From Chiloscyllium plagiosum (Eukaryota), in NCBI RefSeq assembly GCF_004010195.1, contig NC_057754.1:10554289-10589905 (forward strand): a stretch of 35,617 nt of DNA. The letters run 5' to 3'. Position 1 is the first letter of the stretch, and every line of letters starts with the position of its first letter. Below, one piece after another: positions 22,888 through 34,882 of the stretch. The position numbers and the translations under genes were made by a program. A model generated the notes under the pieces. It was not told the DNA's origin. It saw nothing but the letters and a program-made list of their open reading frames with translations, and made no database searches.

Positions 22888-23185
22888 TGGGCGGCGCAGT
22901 GGCACAGTGGTTAGCACTGCTGCCTCACAGCGCCAGAGACCCGGGTTCAATTCCCGCCTCAGGCGACTCTCTGTGTGGAGTTTGCACATTCTCCCAGTGT
23001 CTGCGTGGGTTTCCTCCCACAATCCAAAAATGTGCAGGTTAGGTGAATTGGCCACGCTAAATTGCCCATGTTAGGTGAAGGGGTAAATGTAGGGGAATGG
23101 GTCTGGGTGTGTTGTGCTTCGGCGGGTCGATGTGGACTTGTTGGGCCGAAGGACCTGTTTCCACACTAAGTAATCTAATCTAATT
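22888..23185 (+). mobile_element. HE1-type SINE, full length
   Basis: A box tggcacagtggtt, B box ggttcaattcc, conserved core, taatctaatctaat tail. Confidence 0.92.
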
Positions 23186-23683
23186 TAAGTAATCAAGACC
23201 AATCTAGTAGATAGACAACCAGCAAAATAAAGATTCCCATTCACCACAATGACAGAGACCATTTGACCCCGTGAGCTGCATTGAAAGAGCAGTTGCAGTT
23301 CTTTGATTAGGAGTGAGATTGTGTCACTGAAAACAGATGGAATTAAAATCTTTCACATGACTGTCCATACTTTCTGTCTCACCACTGTCTCCACCATCAG
23401 TGCTTGGCAACGGGGTCAGTTGTAGAGTTTTTACAGCATGGCAGAAGCCCTTCAGCCCAACATGTGCACCAATGTCATCAAACATCCATCTGTTTAATCC
23501 GATTTCCCAGCATTTGGCCTGTCTATGCTATGGCATATCACGTTTGTGACTAAACGAGGGTGAGAACAGTTCATTAACATCGCGGAGAGACAGCTAAGAT
23601 CGCACATAAACATTTGGTTCTCCCTTTTATGAACCTCTGGAGTGTTTGTTGTGGTTCTGTTCGCCGAGCTGGGAATTTGTGTT

Positions 23684-23723
23684 GCAGACGTTTCGTCCCC
23701 TGTCTAGGTGACATCCTCAGTGC
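23684..23723 (-). ncRNA. Minimal type I hammerhead ribozyme
   Basis: gca CTGAGGA t gtcacct agac aggggac GAAA cg TC tgc: stem I gca/tgc, stem II, palindromic ACGT stem III, GUC triplet; the copy at 25278-25317 has core TTGAGGA. Confidence 0.75.
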
Positions 23724-24284
23724 TTGGGAGCCTCCATAGAAGCGCTTCTGTGTTGTTTCCTCCGGCATTTATAGTAGTTTGTCTCTGCCGCTTCCGGTTG
23801 TCAGTTCCAGCTGTCCGCTGCAGTGGCCGGTATATTGGGTCCAGGTCGATGTGTTTGTTGACAGAATCTGTGGATGAGTGCCATGCCTCTAGGAATTCCC
23901 TGGCTGTTCTCTGTTTGGCTTGTCCTATAATAGTAGTGTTGTCCCAGTCGACCAAAAGAGAGAGTTTGACCCCACCCCACATCTCACCGATAGGATAAAC
24001 AACACACTGAGGGACCTGCAAAAAAATGGACAGATAACCAGGTTTGACCTACAGAGAATGAAACCTGAAAGCAACACCACCCCCAGATTCTATGGACTAC
24101 CTAAAGTGCACAAACCAGACATCCCACTCAGACCCATCGTATCGCTACCAGGGACACCATCACACAAACTGGCTAAAGAACTACAACAGAAACTGAAACA
24201 CCTGATCAGCAGATCCAGACACTCTATACAGTCAACACAGGAATTCTTGGACATAGACAAGGAAGAAACTATGGTCTCATTCGA

Positions 24285-25162
24285 NNNNNNNNNNNNNNNN
24301 NNNNNNNNNNNNNNNNNNNNNNNNNNNNNNNNNNNNNNNNNNNNNNNNNNNNNNNNNNNNNNNNNNNNNNNNNNNNNNNNNNNNNNNNNNNNNNNNNNNN
24401 NNNNNNNNNNNNNNNNNNNNNNNNNNNNNNNNNNNNNNNNNNNNNNNNNNNNNNNNNNNNNNNNNNNNNNNNNNNNNNNNNNNNNNNNNNNNNNNNNNNN
24501 NNNNNNNNNNNNNNNNNNNNNNNNNNNNNNNNNNNNNNNNNNNNNNNNNNNNNNNNNNNNNNNNNNNNNNNNNNNNNNNNNNNNNNNNNNNNNNNNNNNN
24601 NNNNNNNNNNNNNNNNNNNNNNNNNNNNNNNNNNNNNNNNNNNNNNNNNNNNNNNNNNNNNNNNNNNNNNNNNNNNNNNNNNNNNNNNNNNNNNNNNNNN
24701 NNNNNNNNNNNNNNNNNNNNNNNNNNNNNNNNNNNNNNNNNNNNNNNNNNNNNNNNNNNNNNNNNNNNNNNNNNNNNNNNNNNNNNNNNNNNNNNNNNNN
24801 NNNNNNNNNNNNNNNNNNNNNNNNNNNNNNNNNNNNNNNNNNNNNNNNNNNNNNNNNNNNNNNNNNNNNNNNNNNNNNNNNNNNNNNNNNNNNNNNNNNN
24901 NNNNNNNNNNNNNNNNNNNNNNNNNNNNNNNNNNNNNNNNNNNNNNNNNNNNNNNNNNNNNNNNNNNNNNNNNNNNNNNNNNNNNNNNNNNNNNNNNNNN
25001 NNNNNNNNNNNNNNNNNNNNNNNNNNNNNNNNNNNNNNNNNNNNNNNNNNNNNNNNNNNNNNNNNNNNNNNNNNNNNNNNNNNNNNNNNNNNNNNNNNNN
25101 NNNNNNNNNNNNNNNNNNNNNNNNNNNNNNNNNNNNNNNNNNNNNNNNNNNNNNNNNNNNNN
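24285..25162. other. Assembly gap
   Basis: Run of N. Confidence 1.
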
Positions 25163-25384
25163 CCAATATACCGGCCACTGCAGCGGACAGCTGGAACTGA
25201 CAACCGGAAGCAGCAGAGACAAACCACTATAAATGCCGGAGGAAACAACACAGAAGCGCTTCACAGGAGGCTCCCAAGCATTGAGGATGCCACCTAGACA
25301 GGGGACGAAACGTCTGCAACACAAATTCCCAGCTCGGCCAACAGAACCACAACAACGAGCACCCGAGCTACAAATCCTCTCACA

Positions 25385-25791
25385 AACCTCTGGGGTGTTT
25401 CCTGAGGAACGAGTCCAATTTCACTGCAGCCAGCTTGTTTCAGCGTTATGTACTTGCATGCCAACGCCCCTGCTGATGGAACTGAGTGAGCAGGAGCCCC
25501 AGACTGCACATGACCTGGAGAGACAACGATTGACTCATTGGTTTGATTCAAAGAGTGTTGTGCTGGAAAAGCACAGCCATTCGGGCATCATCTGAGGAGC
25601 AGGAGAATTGACGCTTTGAGCATAAGCCTTTCATCAGGGATGAGGCTTGTGGCATTGTCTCTTCTGGTCATGTGCAGTCTGGAGCTGCTGCCAGTTACAT
25701 CAGCAAGGGTGTTGGCATACATGCACACAACGCTGAAACAAGCTGGCTGCAGTGAAGATGGACATGTTCCTTAGGTAACACCCCAGATGTT
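25385..25791. repeat. Inverted duplication with ~140-bp arms (25385-25526 and 25655-25791)
   Basis: Roughly 85% identity by eye, including an exact ttcactgcagccagcttgtttcagcgtt block. Confidence 0.9.
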
Positions 25792-27820
25792 TGTCAGCAA
25801 GCGTGTGGAGGACTGCATAGCGAGGACGTCAATCCAGGTGTTCCCCAACAGGAAACCCTGGATGAATCAGGACATACAAAACCTGCTAAAACCCAGGCAT
25901 GAGGCCTTCAGTCAGGCGAACCACTCAAATATAAGGAATTGAAATATGACCTTCGCAGAGCCGTTAAGACAATCAAGGACAAATACCGATCCAAACTCGA
26001 GATCCAGACAGACACCCGGCAACTATAGCAAGGACTGAATGATATCACAGGTTCTAAAAAGAGACAGTGCAAGATAGCGGATGATGACACATCCCTCCCA
26101 GATTGTCTCAATGCCTTCCATGCTCGCTTTGAGCAGAATTTCAGTGGACAGGTAACACCCATTTTGACAAGCCCTGACGAACCTATCCCAACAGTCACTG
26201 GATCAGAGGTCAGATCAGTTTTCCTTCGTGTGAATCCAAGGAAAGCGATGGGACCAGACGGAGTACCAGTCCGTGCACTCAGAGCACGCGCAGATCAACT
26301 GGCAGAGGTCTTCTCGGACATCTTCAACCTCTCCCTGCAGCAGGAGAAAGTGAGGACTGTAGATGCTGGAGTAGGCATCCTGAGGAAGGGCTTATGCCCA
26401 AAACGTCGATTCTCCTGCTCCTTGGATGATGCCTGACCTGCTGCGCTTTTCCAGCAACTCATTTTTCAGCTCTCCCTGCAGCAGGCCATTGGCCCTGCCT
26501 GTTTCAAGAGGCCAACATCATCCTTGTGTCTAAGAAGTCTCATGCAGCATGTCTCAATGACTACCACCTAGTGGCCCTAAACTCGGTGGTCATGAAGTGC
26601 TTTGAAAGGCTGGTCATGACACTACTACTCTTGACCCACTCCAATTTGCCTATCGGACCAACAGATCCACGTCGGATGCCATATCACTTGCCCTTCACTT
26701 CTCCCTAGAACACCAAGAACCTGCTAAAAACCAGGCATTTGAGTGGTTTGCCTGACACCAAGAACAGCTATGTAAGAATCCTACCCATTGACTACAGTTC
26801 AGCCTTCAACACTATTATCCCCTCGAAACTGATTACTAAACTTAGTGATTCCAGACTAAGCCCCTGGATCTGCAACTGGATCCTCAGTTTCCTGACCCAC
26901 AGGCCGCAATCAGTGAAGATTGTTAACAATATTTCATCCTCACTAACACTCAACACTGGAGCCCCCAGGGGTGCACACGCAGCCCCCTCCTGTACTCCAC
27001 TGTATACCCATGACTGCGTCACCAAATACCAGATTACTGCCATTTACAAGTTCACTGTAACACCACCAAAGTCATTCGAATCTCACAGTGACGAAACAGA
27101 CTACAGACGGGGGGTGGAAGACCTGAAAAAATGGTCTATTGACTTTCGGCGGGATGTTACTCATGTCCCCTTACACATTAACAGCACAGAGGTGGAACGA
27201 GTGGAGATTGTCAAGCGCCTGGGAGTGGTCATCAACAACAAGCTTTCTTGGACCCTTCATATGGACGCACTGGTTACAAAGGCCCAACAACATCTCTTCT
27301 TCCTCAGGCAGCTGAGGAAATTTGGCATGACGGCGAGTACTCTTGCCAACCTTTATGGGTGCACTATCGAGAGCATTCTGTCTGGATGTATCACTACCTG
27401 GTATGGCAACGGTAACATTCAAGACTGGAGACAGTTACAGAGAGTGGTGAACTCGGCCTGGACAATCACAAAGGCCAACCTCCCATCTATAGAATCCATC
27501 TACCAGGCCCACTGTCAAGGAAAGGCCGCCAGCATTCTCAAAGATCCATCCCACCCTGGCAATGTTTTTCTACAATCTCTACCATCAGGGAGAAGATACA
27601 GAAGCCTGAACACACACATCAGCCGGTTTCAAAACTGTTTCTACCTGTTAGAATACCGAATGGACTCTCAAACTCTGAGCATTCGCCTGTACCTGTGTTT
27701 TTGTTTTTGCCGCTGTTTACCTATGATTTGCTTATCTATGCTATTTAACTGTGTGATCTGCCTGCATTGCTCACAAGACAAAGCTTTTCACTGTGCCTCA
27801 GTACATGTGAAAATAAATTA
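25792..27820 (+). mobile_element. 5'-truncated Rex1/Babar-clade LINE
   Basis: VFPNRKPWMN, VNPRKAMGPDGVP, VVMKCFERLV, YVRILPIDYSSAFNTIIP, ESILSGCITTWYGN, SLPSGRRYRS; tail ends aataaa; frameshifted. Confidence 0.9.
26345..26469. mobile_element. 125-bp Penelope pseudo-LTR micro-insertion inside Rex1
   Basis: Inverted tail agaaagtgaggactgtagatgctggag plus a forward pLTR with a decayed hammerhead (CTGAGGA..gggcttatgccc AAAA cgtc); perfect 16-bp TSD ctctccctgcagcagg at 26329-26344 and 26470-26485. Confidence 0.9.
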
Positions 27821-29599
27821 ATTTCAAGGGGGTTGAGCGATAAATGGGAGGGGGTGGGGCTGGAGTAGATAGCTGGGAATGTGATAAGTTGATGAAGGTG
27901 GGGTGAAGGTGATAGGTCAGACAGGAGGGTGAAGCAGATAGGTGGGAAGGAGGATGGACAGGTAGAACAGCTCAACAGGGCGGTGCTGAGTTGGAAGATT
28001 GGATCTGGGATAAGGTGAGAGGAGGGGAAAGAGGAAACTGGTGAAATCCACATTGATTGCATGTAGTTGGAGGGTCCTAAGGTGAAAGATGAGGCTTTCT
28101 TCCTCCAGGTGTTCGATGGTTAGAGTTTGGCAGTGGAGAAAGAGGAAGGATCGTTTGTGACCATGGACGGAGGAATTGGGAATAAGGAATAACGTTTATA
28201 CAGGAGGCAGGGTGGGAGGAGGTAGTCCAATTAGCTGAGGGAGTTGTTGGGTTTGTAGTAGCTGTCTGTGTTGAGTTGGTCGCTGGAAGTGGAGATGGAG
28301 AGGTCCTGGAAGGGGAGGGAGGTGTCCGAGATGATCCAGGTGAACATGAGGTTGGGTGGAAGGTCTTAATGAAGTTGTCGAACTGTTCACCCTTCTCGCA
28401 GGAGCAGGAGGTGATGCCGATTGAGTCATCAATGTAGTGGAGGAAAAGGCAGGGAATGGTGCTGGGGTAATTGCAGAAGATGGACTGTTCCATGTACCTG
28501 ATGAAGAGGCAGGCATAGCTGGGGCCCATGTGGGGGCCCATGACTACCGCTTTGGTCTGGAGGAAGTGGGAGGTTTCGAAGGAGAAATTGTTGAGGGTGA
28601 GGACCAGTTCAGCCAAATGAATGAGAGTGTCAGTGTGAGAGGAAGAAACGGAGGGCTTGGAGGCCTTTGTCATGGTGGATGGATGTGTGCAGGAACTGGA
28701 TGTCCACTGTGAAGATGAGGCGTTGGGGGCTGGGGAAACAAAAGTTATGGATTAGGTGGAGGGTATGGGTGGTGTCCCAAACATAGGTGGGGAGCTCCTG
28801 GACCAAGCGGGACAGGAGAGTGTCATGGTTTGCAGAGACGAGTTCAGTGGGGCAGGAGCAGGCTGAGATGCTGGGTTGACTGGGCAAGTCAGGCTTGTGA
28901 ATTTTGGGTCGGAGGTAGAACCTGGCGGTGTGGGGTTCCTGGACTCTGAGGTTGGAGGCTGTGGGTGGGAGATTCCCCTGAGGTGATGAGGTTGTGGATG
29001 GTCTGAGAGATGATGGTTTGGTGATGGGAGGTGAGATCGTTGGCAAGGGGGCAGTAGAAGGAGGTGTTCATGAGTTGGCGCCTGGCTTTAGATGCTGCCC
29101 GAAGGACTGTGCTCTTTGACTCTGATCTCCAGCATCTGCAGTCCTCACTTTCTCCTCATTGATTTGATTCACAGCCTGGTGCAGTGGCAGTGTCCCTGCT
29201 TCAAGTCCTACCTGTTGCTGCTCTAGAGTTATGTGGTGGCATCGCTGGACAGGATGATTAGTAAATATTTTGCAGCGAGGAGCTGGTACAAAAAGAGAAA
29301 TTGCTGGAGAGATTGAGCAGAATGGTGGCATCCAAGAAGAGAAGGCATTTTGGATCCACTGATCCTTCTTCAGGACAGGCAGAGGGTTACCTTTGAGACA
29401 ACTGGAAGTAAAGGAGCCATTTTTCTCTCTTGGAGAGTAGTATTCTGTAGATTACTTGATCAAGTTTGGGTCTTGAAGTATATTCAAGACTGATTTAGAT
29501 TTTTAATTCATATGGGAATCAAGGGTTTACCATTATCAATCTGAAAATAAGAGCAGAGAGTTCATAGTCACATTTAACGCACTGAAACGTTCCACATGA

Positions 29600-29948
29600 T
29601 TAGATTAGGTTAGATTACCTCCAGTGAGGAAACAGGCCATTTGGCCCAACAAGTCCACAGTGACCCTCCGAACAGAAACCCACCGAGCCCCATTCCCCTT
29701 CCCTATATTTACCCCTGACTAATGCACCTGATCCTTCTTCAGGACTGAGACAGGCAGAGGATTGGCCTTCAGACAACTGCAAGTAGAGAAGCCATTTCTT
29801 CTCTCAAGAGAATATGGACAATTTAGCACGGCCAATTCACCTGACCTGCACATCTTTGGATTGTGAGATGAAACTGGAGGAAACCCACGCAGACATGGGG
29901 AGAATGTGTGAACTCCACACAGACAGTTGCCCAAGGCGGGAATCGAAC
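29600..29948 (-). mobile_element. HE1-type SINE with an internal ~83-bp insert of local DNA
   Basis: SINE tail and core, truncated at the B box; 29730-29812 resembles 29361-29439. Confidence 0.85.
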
Positions 29949-29984
29949 TGATGAGACTTTAACTGATTGTCCAATTGGAGATAC

Positions 29985-30400
29985 ATGAGGACACCTACAA
30001 CTTGCAGAAATTATGGCTGTGTGAATAATGTGGTAAAGGATTTGATTACCTATGTGAGCTGGACATCAATCACCAGTTACACTCAGTAGACATCATCCAC
30101 CTGCTGGGTACATGGGGAGGGATTCACAAAGTCACCCTACTTCATTATATATCACTCTGGGGAAAGGCCATTTATATTCTCCAAGTATGGGAACATACCC
30201 AGCAATTCATCCACCTTACTGAAACACCAGCAACATCACACTGGAGGGAGACCATTTACCTGCACTTTGTGGGGAAAAGGATTCACTCATCTATGATCCT
30301 CACTGCGCACCAACATACTGACACTGGAGAGAAACTTTGTGCAAAGGGATTTACTCAGTTATCTCATCACCCGACATGACAGCAAGTTTATAAATGTCCG
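29985..30400 (+). pseudogene. Highly degenerate C2H2 zinc-finger pseudogene, about 5 fingers
   Basis: tgtggtaaaggattt, cactctggggaaaggccattt, cacactggagggagaccatttacctgc (HTGGRPFTC); frameshifted. Confidence 0.8.
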
Positions 30401-31149
30401 CAGGGCTTTAAATTTGCTGTTAATCACATCCGGGAATGATAGTCCAATAATATTTGGATTATTTGTGATGATCTTAAAAGTTCCTAGACCGGGCTAGTTT
30501 ACTATGATAGAAATGTTTCAGATTTGATTTTTAAGAAAATATTTCTTTTAAGATGAAATGTGCAACAAAGACTGGTTTGAGATCTAATCTGCAGAAATGA
30601 TATTTTCACTGAAGCCAAAGTCAACGTTAAATTGAAGGAGCATAAAGCCGACAGCTAACATACTGCATTATGTGAAAGTGGCCTCGAATATTATGCAGAA
30701 CAGAGAGAGAAACTTTGCAACGAAGCACTTTGTTGGGCCAAATTAAGAAATCCAGACTGTTTGTGACGATGAAGATCTATAAGTTATATATGATGGGATC
30801 AAGAGCATGCTTGATCCTACCACCAAAGTTGTCCTCGTGCAATGGGCAGGTGCTAGACCTTCTACTTGCAGCAGTAGATAGATGTCTCACTGGGCTAAGT
30901 AAGGCTGGAAGCTGTACTCCCGTGAAACAGATGCTGCTCAAATGAGATTTAATGCTCTCCTACAGGTCTCTGTCATGGTTGAGTTGGACAATTGAAGATT
31001 GACTTAAGTTGAAAATAGCACTAATCTCTTTGCAAGCAGAGAGGCACTGGCAAGGATGGAATTCCAGTTGAATTGTTCAAGGACAGAAAGTCTCATTTAC
31101 TGTCACAACCTCATGACCTCCAATTCTCTGTTGGGAGGACAGAGCTGTT

Positions 31150-31790
31150 TCTGCAGGAAATACATGATGCAAAAATCATCACAATTTATATAATGGTTAC
31201 AGAGAGGATTGTGGAATTTCTAATCATGCTGTATTGGATGTGGGACAAGCAGTTTGGTAATTTAACTAGAGTGGAGAAATGGAGAGAGATGGTATTGAGT
31301 TGCAGCTGGATGTTGTCTGTGACAATGTGAAAACTATCTCAGTGCTTCAGGATGAGGTTACCCGATTGAGGCAAGTAGGTCAGTAATATCAGAGGTAACT
31401 TCAAGGACTTTAGAGAGGAAAGGGAAGTCTAAGGTGGAGGGTTAGCTTGCTCAGAAGAGTCAAGGTTTCTTTAAATAAGTTTGGGAGATTTGAAGCCAGA
31501 ACAAAAAGAACAAATTGTTCAGAACGTCGGCCAACATGGGGAGGTTGGATTGTCTGCATGTTAGTGGAAATAGGGTCAGTGGAGCACGAGGTGCATGTTA
31601 TTGGCAAGACGAGCTCTGACAGAAGATGAAGGGACAAAGAATAATTGGAGAAAGGTGAGAATTCTGCACCCAGTGGTCTATTTGGAAGGGAGGGATACAG
31701 CAAGATCAGATAATTGGATTGTCTCAGTTCAGTGACAAAGAAGCTCTACTTGTTGGAGGTGAGGATGGAGGAGACAGGAGAGAGGGAGAA
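31150..31790 (-). mobile_element. Old L2-like LINE fragment
   Basis: ORF 31410-31703 contains LSELVL..TSCSTDPIST..SNLP, resembling the L2 ORF2 pre-RT region. Confidence 0.4.
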
Positions 31791-31959
31791 CCTTTCAAAA
31801 TGAACTATTATGAAAATTTAATAGATTGAAACAGAACTCATATTTGATCTTTATTCACCATATTAACACATAATAATGGAAGTTATCAACATCAATGAGC
31901 ATGATGAACTTGGTTGATTGCAGGAAGTCAAAAACAGCAAAATTCGAAAAATGTAGTCA

Positions 31960-32270
31960 CATCTGAACTCACTGGTGTCTCAGCGGGCTGGATGAGTGAG
32001 TGAATCCCTTCCCACACTCCATGTGGGAGAACGACCTCTCCCCAGTGTGACTGTGTTGGTGTACAATAAGGTCAGATGATTGCTTGAACCTAGCCCCACA
32101 GTAAAAGGAAACAAATGGTCTTTCCTCCATGTGAACACATTGTTGGCGTGTCAGCTCGCCAGAACTTTTAAAGCACTTTCCACAGTCTGAACATTTAAAA
32201 GGTCTCTTGTCAGTGCGAACCAGCTGGTGTGTGAGAAGGTGGGATGACTGAGAGAATCCCATCCCACTAT
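31960..32270 (-). pseudogene. C2H2 zinc-finger pseudogene segment, about 4 fingers
   Basis: [56 protein letters not shown]; several Cys/His residues lost. Confidence 0.85.
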
Positions 32271-32799
32271 TGTCCTGTTTCTCCCTCAGTTGAAGCAAAA
32301 CGCTCAGAGACACAGTATAGTTTTACCACCTTCATCTATATTCCGGGCCCTGGAGGGAGAGAGAACAATCACCCATGTGCACAGGGACATGAGTTCTCGG
32401 TCATCTCTGGAACAGCAGATTCTTAATGAATTACATACTCATTTTAAAGGGAGGAACGTCCAGATAAGGCAATATACATATTGACTGGGTGACCGTTACA
32501 ATCACCGAGTGTCAATAGTAAAGATTAAGGCATCTGCTGTTACACAATAAATGTTTTTAACCTTAATTTGGCTTCACATAATGAATAACTTTCACCTTGT
32601 TAAACTGACCTTACATACTGAATGCTTAAAATATTGTTAAATGGTTCTATATAATGAATGCTTTTCCACCTGGTTAACTCATTACCTTTGCCTCCAGCAC
32701 TCCATTGTTAACTGCAAGTTCTTATCTGATCTGAGTCATTCTCAATTGAACCTCCTGTTTCACAAAATTCAAAACTTAACTCTTTCCCTCCCTGCTTAT

Positions 32800-33506
<707 letters not shown>

Positions 33507-34552
33507 CTGTGAAGCGTATTTAGGACAGAATAGCGTGAAAGAGGGAGAACTGACACAAACATAAAGGAAGGTTATGAAATGGAGCTAAAGAGTCAGATAA
33601 TTTCCGGGGCAGGCACTAGGAAAAGGTGACCATGAAAGCTGCCAGTTGTTAAAGAAAACAAAAATGCCAACCAGTCTGGGTGACACAAGACTTTGGCTTC
33701 CAAGGTGGAAGGAGAGAAAGGAGAACAAGAAAGAAGGTGAGGGAAGAGCAAGAGAGAGAGAGAGAGAGCTGGGGAGAGACAGAGAGATCTATACTTCAAC
33801 TTCATTTATAAAACTGTAGAGCAATATGGCACAAATGGAGGTCAAATAACAATCTAGTTGATTGCAGTGCCCTTACTCAGAATAAGTAATTAAAATGAAC
33901 TGCTAAATAACAAGTCAAAGTGGGACTGCTGGTCTACCGGGTGGTTGGGTTGGGAAGAGGCAGAGATAAACAATGTTCAATTCAATAATTAAACGTATTG
34001 TCTAGTGAGGGATTTGAGTCTAGCTTAATACTTCGCCCTGTGGCTTGGGATCCAATTAAGAAGAAATTAGCACTCACTCCCATTGGGAGTGGTTTAATTG
34101 ATTGAATGCAAACAGTTAAGGGGAAGCTAGACACGTAGATGAGGGGGAAGGGTGAGGAGATGTTATGATGGTAAGTTTAGATGGGGATGGCTGTTTAGAG
34201 GGTCAAAGTGTCACATTAATATTAGGTTGGGGAGAATGGCCTGTTTCTCTGCAGTATATACTATTAACCTCTAAAGTGGAGAATGTGACAGGATCTTCCT
34301 GATACAGAAAATAATTAATAGTCAGAGCAATGGCTTATCTCTGGGTTCTGATCTCTCTGGTGCCCATCTTCTGCACAGTGTCAAGTTCTTATGGGAGACA
34401 CCTAATTAACAGGCCCTGTGATTGTTGTTCAATTAAGGGATGGCAGGTGAGATTGGATGATGGGCAGCTCAAAGACCCAGCTAGACAGCCAGGAGCCCCA
34501 GTGGGAGTGTGAGCACTGATGAGGGAAGAAGGTGAGACTCAACTCAGAACTG

Positions 34553-34882
34553 AGGGTGGCTCAGTGGTTAGCACTGCTATCCCACAGTGAAAGGACCCGT
34601 TCAATTCCAGCCTTGGGTGACTGTGTGGAATTTGCATGTTCTCCCTGTGTCTATAGGGTTTTCTTCAGTTGCTCTGGTTTCCTCCCACAGTCCAAAGATG
34701 TGCAGATTAGGTGGGTTGGCCATGCTAAATTGCCCGCAGTGTCCAGGGATGCGTAGGGTAGATGGGGTTTCCATGGGAAATGTAGAGTCCCAGGGATAGG
34801 GTGAGATTTTCTTTGGAGAATCAATGTGGACTTGTTGGGCTGAATGACCTGTTTCCACACTATAGGAATTCTAATTCTAAAT
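34553..34882 (+). mobile_element. HE1-type SINE
   Basis: ggtggctcagtggttagcactgct head, conserved core, ggacttgttgggctgaa..ttctaattctaa tail. Confidence 0.9.

Larger units (their letters stand above)
23648..25384 (+). mobile_element. Young Penelope-like element with an inverted 3'-end copy (spans the N gap)
   Basis: RT motif TPRFYGLPKVHKPDIPLRPIVS at 23951-24284; inverted copy of the endonuclease C-terminus (AREFLEAWHS) and UTR at 23648-23950; 16-bp TSD aacctctgg[a/g]gtgttt at 23632-23647 and 25385-25400. Confidence 0.9.
25551..29154 (-). mobile_element. Penelope-like element split by the Rex1 insertion (pieces 25551-25652, 27826-29090 and an opposite-orientation tail 29091-29154)
   Basis: RT remnants ARFYLRPKIHKPD, LTLNNFSF..MGPSYACLF..YIDD; 17-bp TSD ctcattg[g/a]tttgattca at 25534-25550 and 29155-29171. 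Confidence 0.85.

Noticed and set aside
23920..25324. Long 324-426 aa ORFs
   Set aside because: Artefacts of translating through the N gap
25385..25791. Interpretation of the inverted repeat as a MITE
   Set aside because: The right arm lies inside a TSD-bounded PLE, at the Rex1 junction, while the left arm is outside it
26739..27821. 360-aa ORF as an active or domesticated RT
   Set aside because: The catalytic region is frameshifted (YKFTVT where FADD is expected)
29948..29985. CTGATGAG as a hammerhead core
   Set aside because: No stem II or GAAA follows; it resembles the ZNF leader
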